The notes beneath the pieces are model-generated. The model searched no databases and had not been told where the DNA came from. It saw only the letters and a list, made by a program, of their open reading frames with translations. The position numbers and the translations under genes are program-made. 64,000 bases of DNA from NCBI GenBank assembly GCA_964559345.1, contig CAZLIE010000001.1, forward strand, positions 11,013 to 75,012, read 5' to 3'. Source of the stretch: an uncultured Terriglobales bacterium. Lineage in GTDB: Bacteria; Acidobacteriota; Terriglobia; Terriglobales; Acidobacteriaceae. This document shows, one piece after another, positions 63,123 to 64,000 of the stretch. Numbering within the stretch: position 1 is the stretch's first letter; each line of letters starts with the position of its first letter.

Positions 63123-64000
63123 ATGGAACCGATCACTCACTTCCTCACCGGAGCGTCTCTCGGTCGCGCGGGCCTCAACCGAAAAACCGCTTACGCCACG
63201 CTGATGCTAACCCTCACAGCTGAATTCCCTGATGTTGACATCCTCTGGGAATTCAAAGGACCAGTCGAAGCGATGGCGCATCATCGCGGATTGACACACT
63301 CGTTTATAGGTGCGCCGGTGGATGCGGCAATGGTACTTGGATTCGTCTATGTGTTCCACCGATGGCGGTTGAAACGCGGCAGACCACCGGCCATCCCGCC
63401 GCGCTGGGGCGTACTGTTCGGCTTCGGCCTGCTTGCAGTGCTCAGCCATATCCTGCTCGATTTCACGAACAATTACGGCATACGTCCCTTCCTGCCATTC
63501 AACTGGCGCTGGTACTCGTGGGACATTGTGTTCATCATCGAGCCGGTAATGCTGGTATTGCTAATTGCCGGTCTAGTCTTGCCGGCCATCTTTTCGCTGG
63601 TCGGATCCGAAATCGGAGAGCATCGTGCGAAGTTTCGTGCCCGTTGGCCCGCCGCGCTTGCCCTGATTGCGATCTGCGCAATGTGGTGGCTACGTGACTA
63701 CGAGCATCGAAAGGCCGTCACTCTGGTCGGATCGACCGACTATCGGAACGAGGTCGTACGCAGGCCGGCGGCGATGCCCTATCCAGTAAACCCATTCCTC
63801 TGGCAAGGCCTCACAGAGACGGAGAGCTTGTACGCCAAGACCCCGCTGGATCTCCGCGATCGCAACGCCGATCCGCTGGATCGAGCGCAGTTACTGTACA
63901 AGCCGGCCGATACGCCGGTAACGCTGGCAGCGAAGAGGTCGCCGCTCGGTCAGGCGTATCTGGATTGGTCGCGCTTCCCGGTGGTCGAGGCGCAGCCGGT
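63123..64000 (+). CDS. Membrane-bound metal-dependent hydrolase (YdjM/DUF457 family), 3' end beyond the window
   Basis: Frame open from ATG 63123 to the window end, so it is absent from the track. MEPITHFLTGASLGRAGL...HRGLTHS...SHILLDFTNNYG is the DUF457 signature. Confidence 0.75.
   Translation, partial: MEPITHFLTGASLGRAGLNRKTAYATLMLTLTAEFPDVDILWEFKGPVEAMAHHRGLTHSFIGAPVDAAMVLGFVYVFHRWRLKRGRPPAIPPRWGVLFGFGLLAVLSHILLDFTNNYGIRPFLPFNWRWYSWDIVFIIEPVMLVLLIAGLVLPAIFSLVGSEIGEHRAKFRARWPAALALIAICAMWWLRDYEHRKAVTLVGSTDYRNEVVRRPAAMPYPVNPFLWQGLTETESLYAKTPLDLRDRNADPLDRAQLLYKPADTPVTLAAKRSPLGQAYLDWSRFPVVEAQP

Noticed and set aside
1-64000. Scan for CRISPR arrays, rRNA/tRNA genes, IS elements, integrases and prophage or defence-island genes
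   Set aside because: I saw no regularly spaced direct repeats, no tRNA-like cloverleaf candidates in the larger intergenic gaps, and no transposase, integrase or phage-like ORFs. This was done by eye only and needs tRNAscan-SE, Infernal and ISfinder-type searches to confirm.

Overview
This is a 64 kb, GC-rich, densely packed bacterial chromosomal segment. The gene content suggests Acidobacteriota: a TonB starting MFADSLLES, a GT39-type membrane glycosyltransferase, many secreted zinc peptidases and a REC-DUF4388 regulator. That assignment is inference only. I recognise about 60 protein genes. Most are housekeeping:
- Nucleotide and cofactor genes: purB, ubiX, and a moeA-moaC-mog molybdenum cofactor cluster.
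- Envelope and lipid genes: lpxC, murJ, skp, a tonB-like gene, an mltD-like gene, a surA-like gene, fabG and plsX.
- Translation and RNA genes: frr, yceD-rpmF, dusB and rlmI.
- Others: recQ, tldD/pmbA, an Nramp transporter and a CPA2 antiporter.
- Several secreted peptidases.

I recognised no rRNA, tRNA, CRISPR array, transposase, integrase or phage genes.

The best candidate for an undescribed system is a translationally coupled three-gene operon, SemiSWEET (PQ-loop) > GT-C/GT39 membrane glycosyltransferase > GT2 polyprenyl-phosphate-sugar synthase-like (17518-19921, minus strand). The SemiSWEET sits where GtrA or ArnE/F-type flippases sit in known three-component periplasmic glycosylation systems.

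Other items worth a second look:
- A lipase-maturation-factor-like membrane protein start/stop-coupled to a CrtI-like FAD oxidoreductase.
- A monocistronic gene with a consensus promoter for an acidic-head, (KKKSS/RGG)n-tail disordered protein.
- A REC-DUF4388 response regulator embedded in the Moco operon.
- A Phd/zeta-like toxin-antitoxin pair whose toxin carries a 1-nt frameshift.
- A REP-like palindromic element between convergent genes.
- An 830-bp AT-richer coding desert.

All family assignments were made by eye from motifs in the supplied translations. No searches were run. Start codons are often uncertain by tens of codons.
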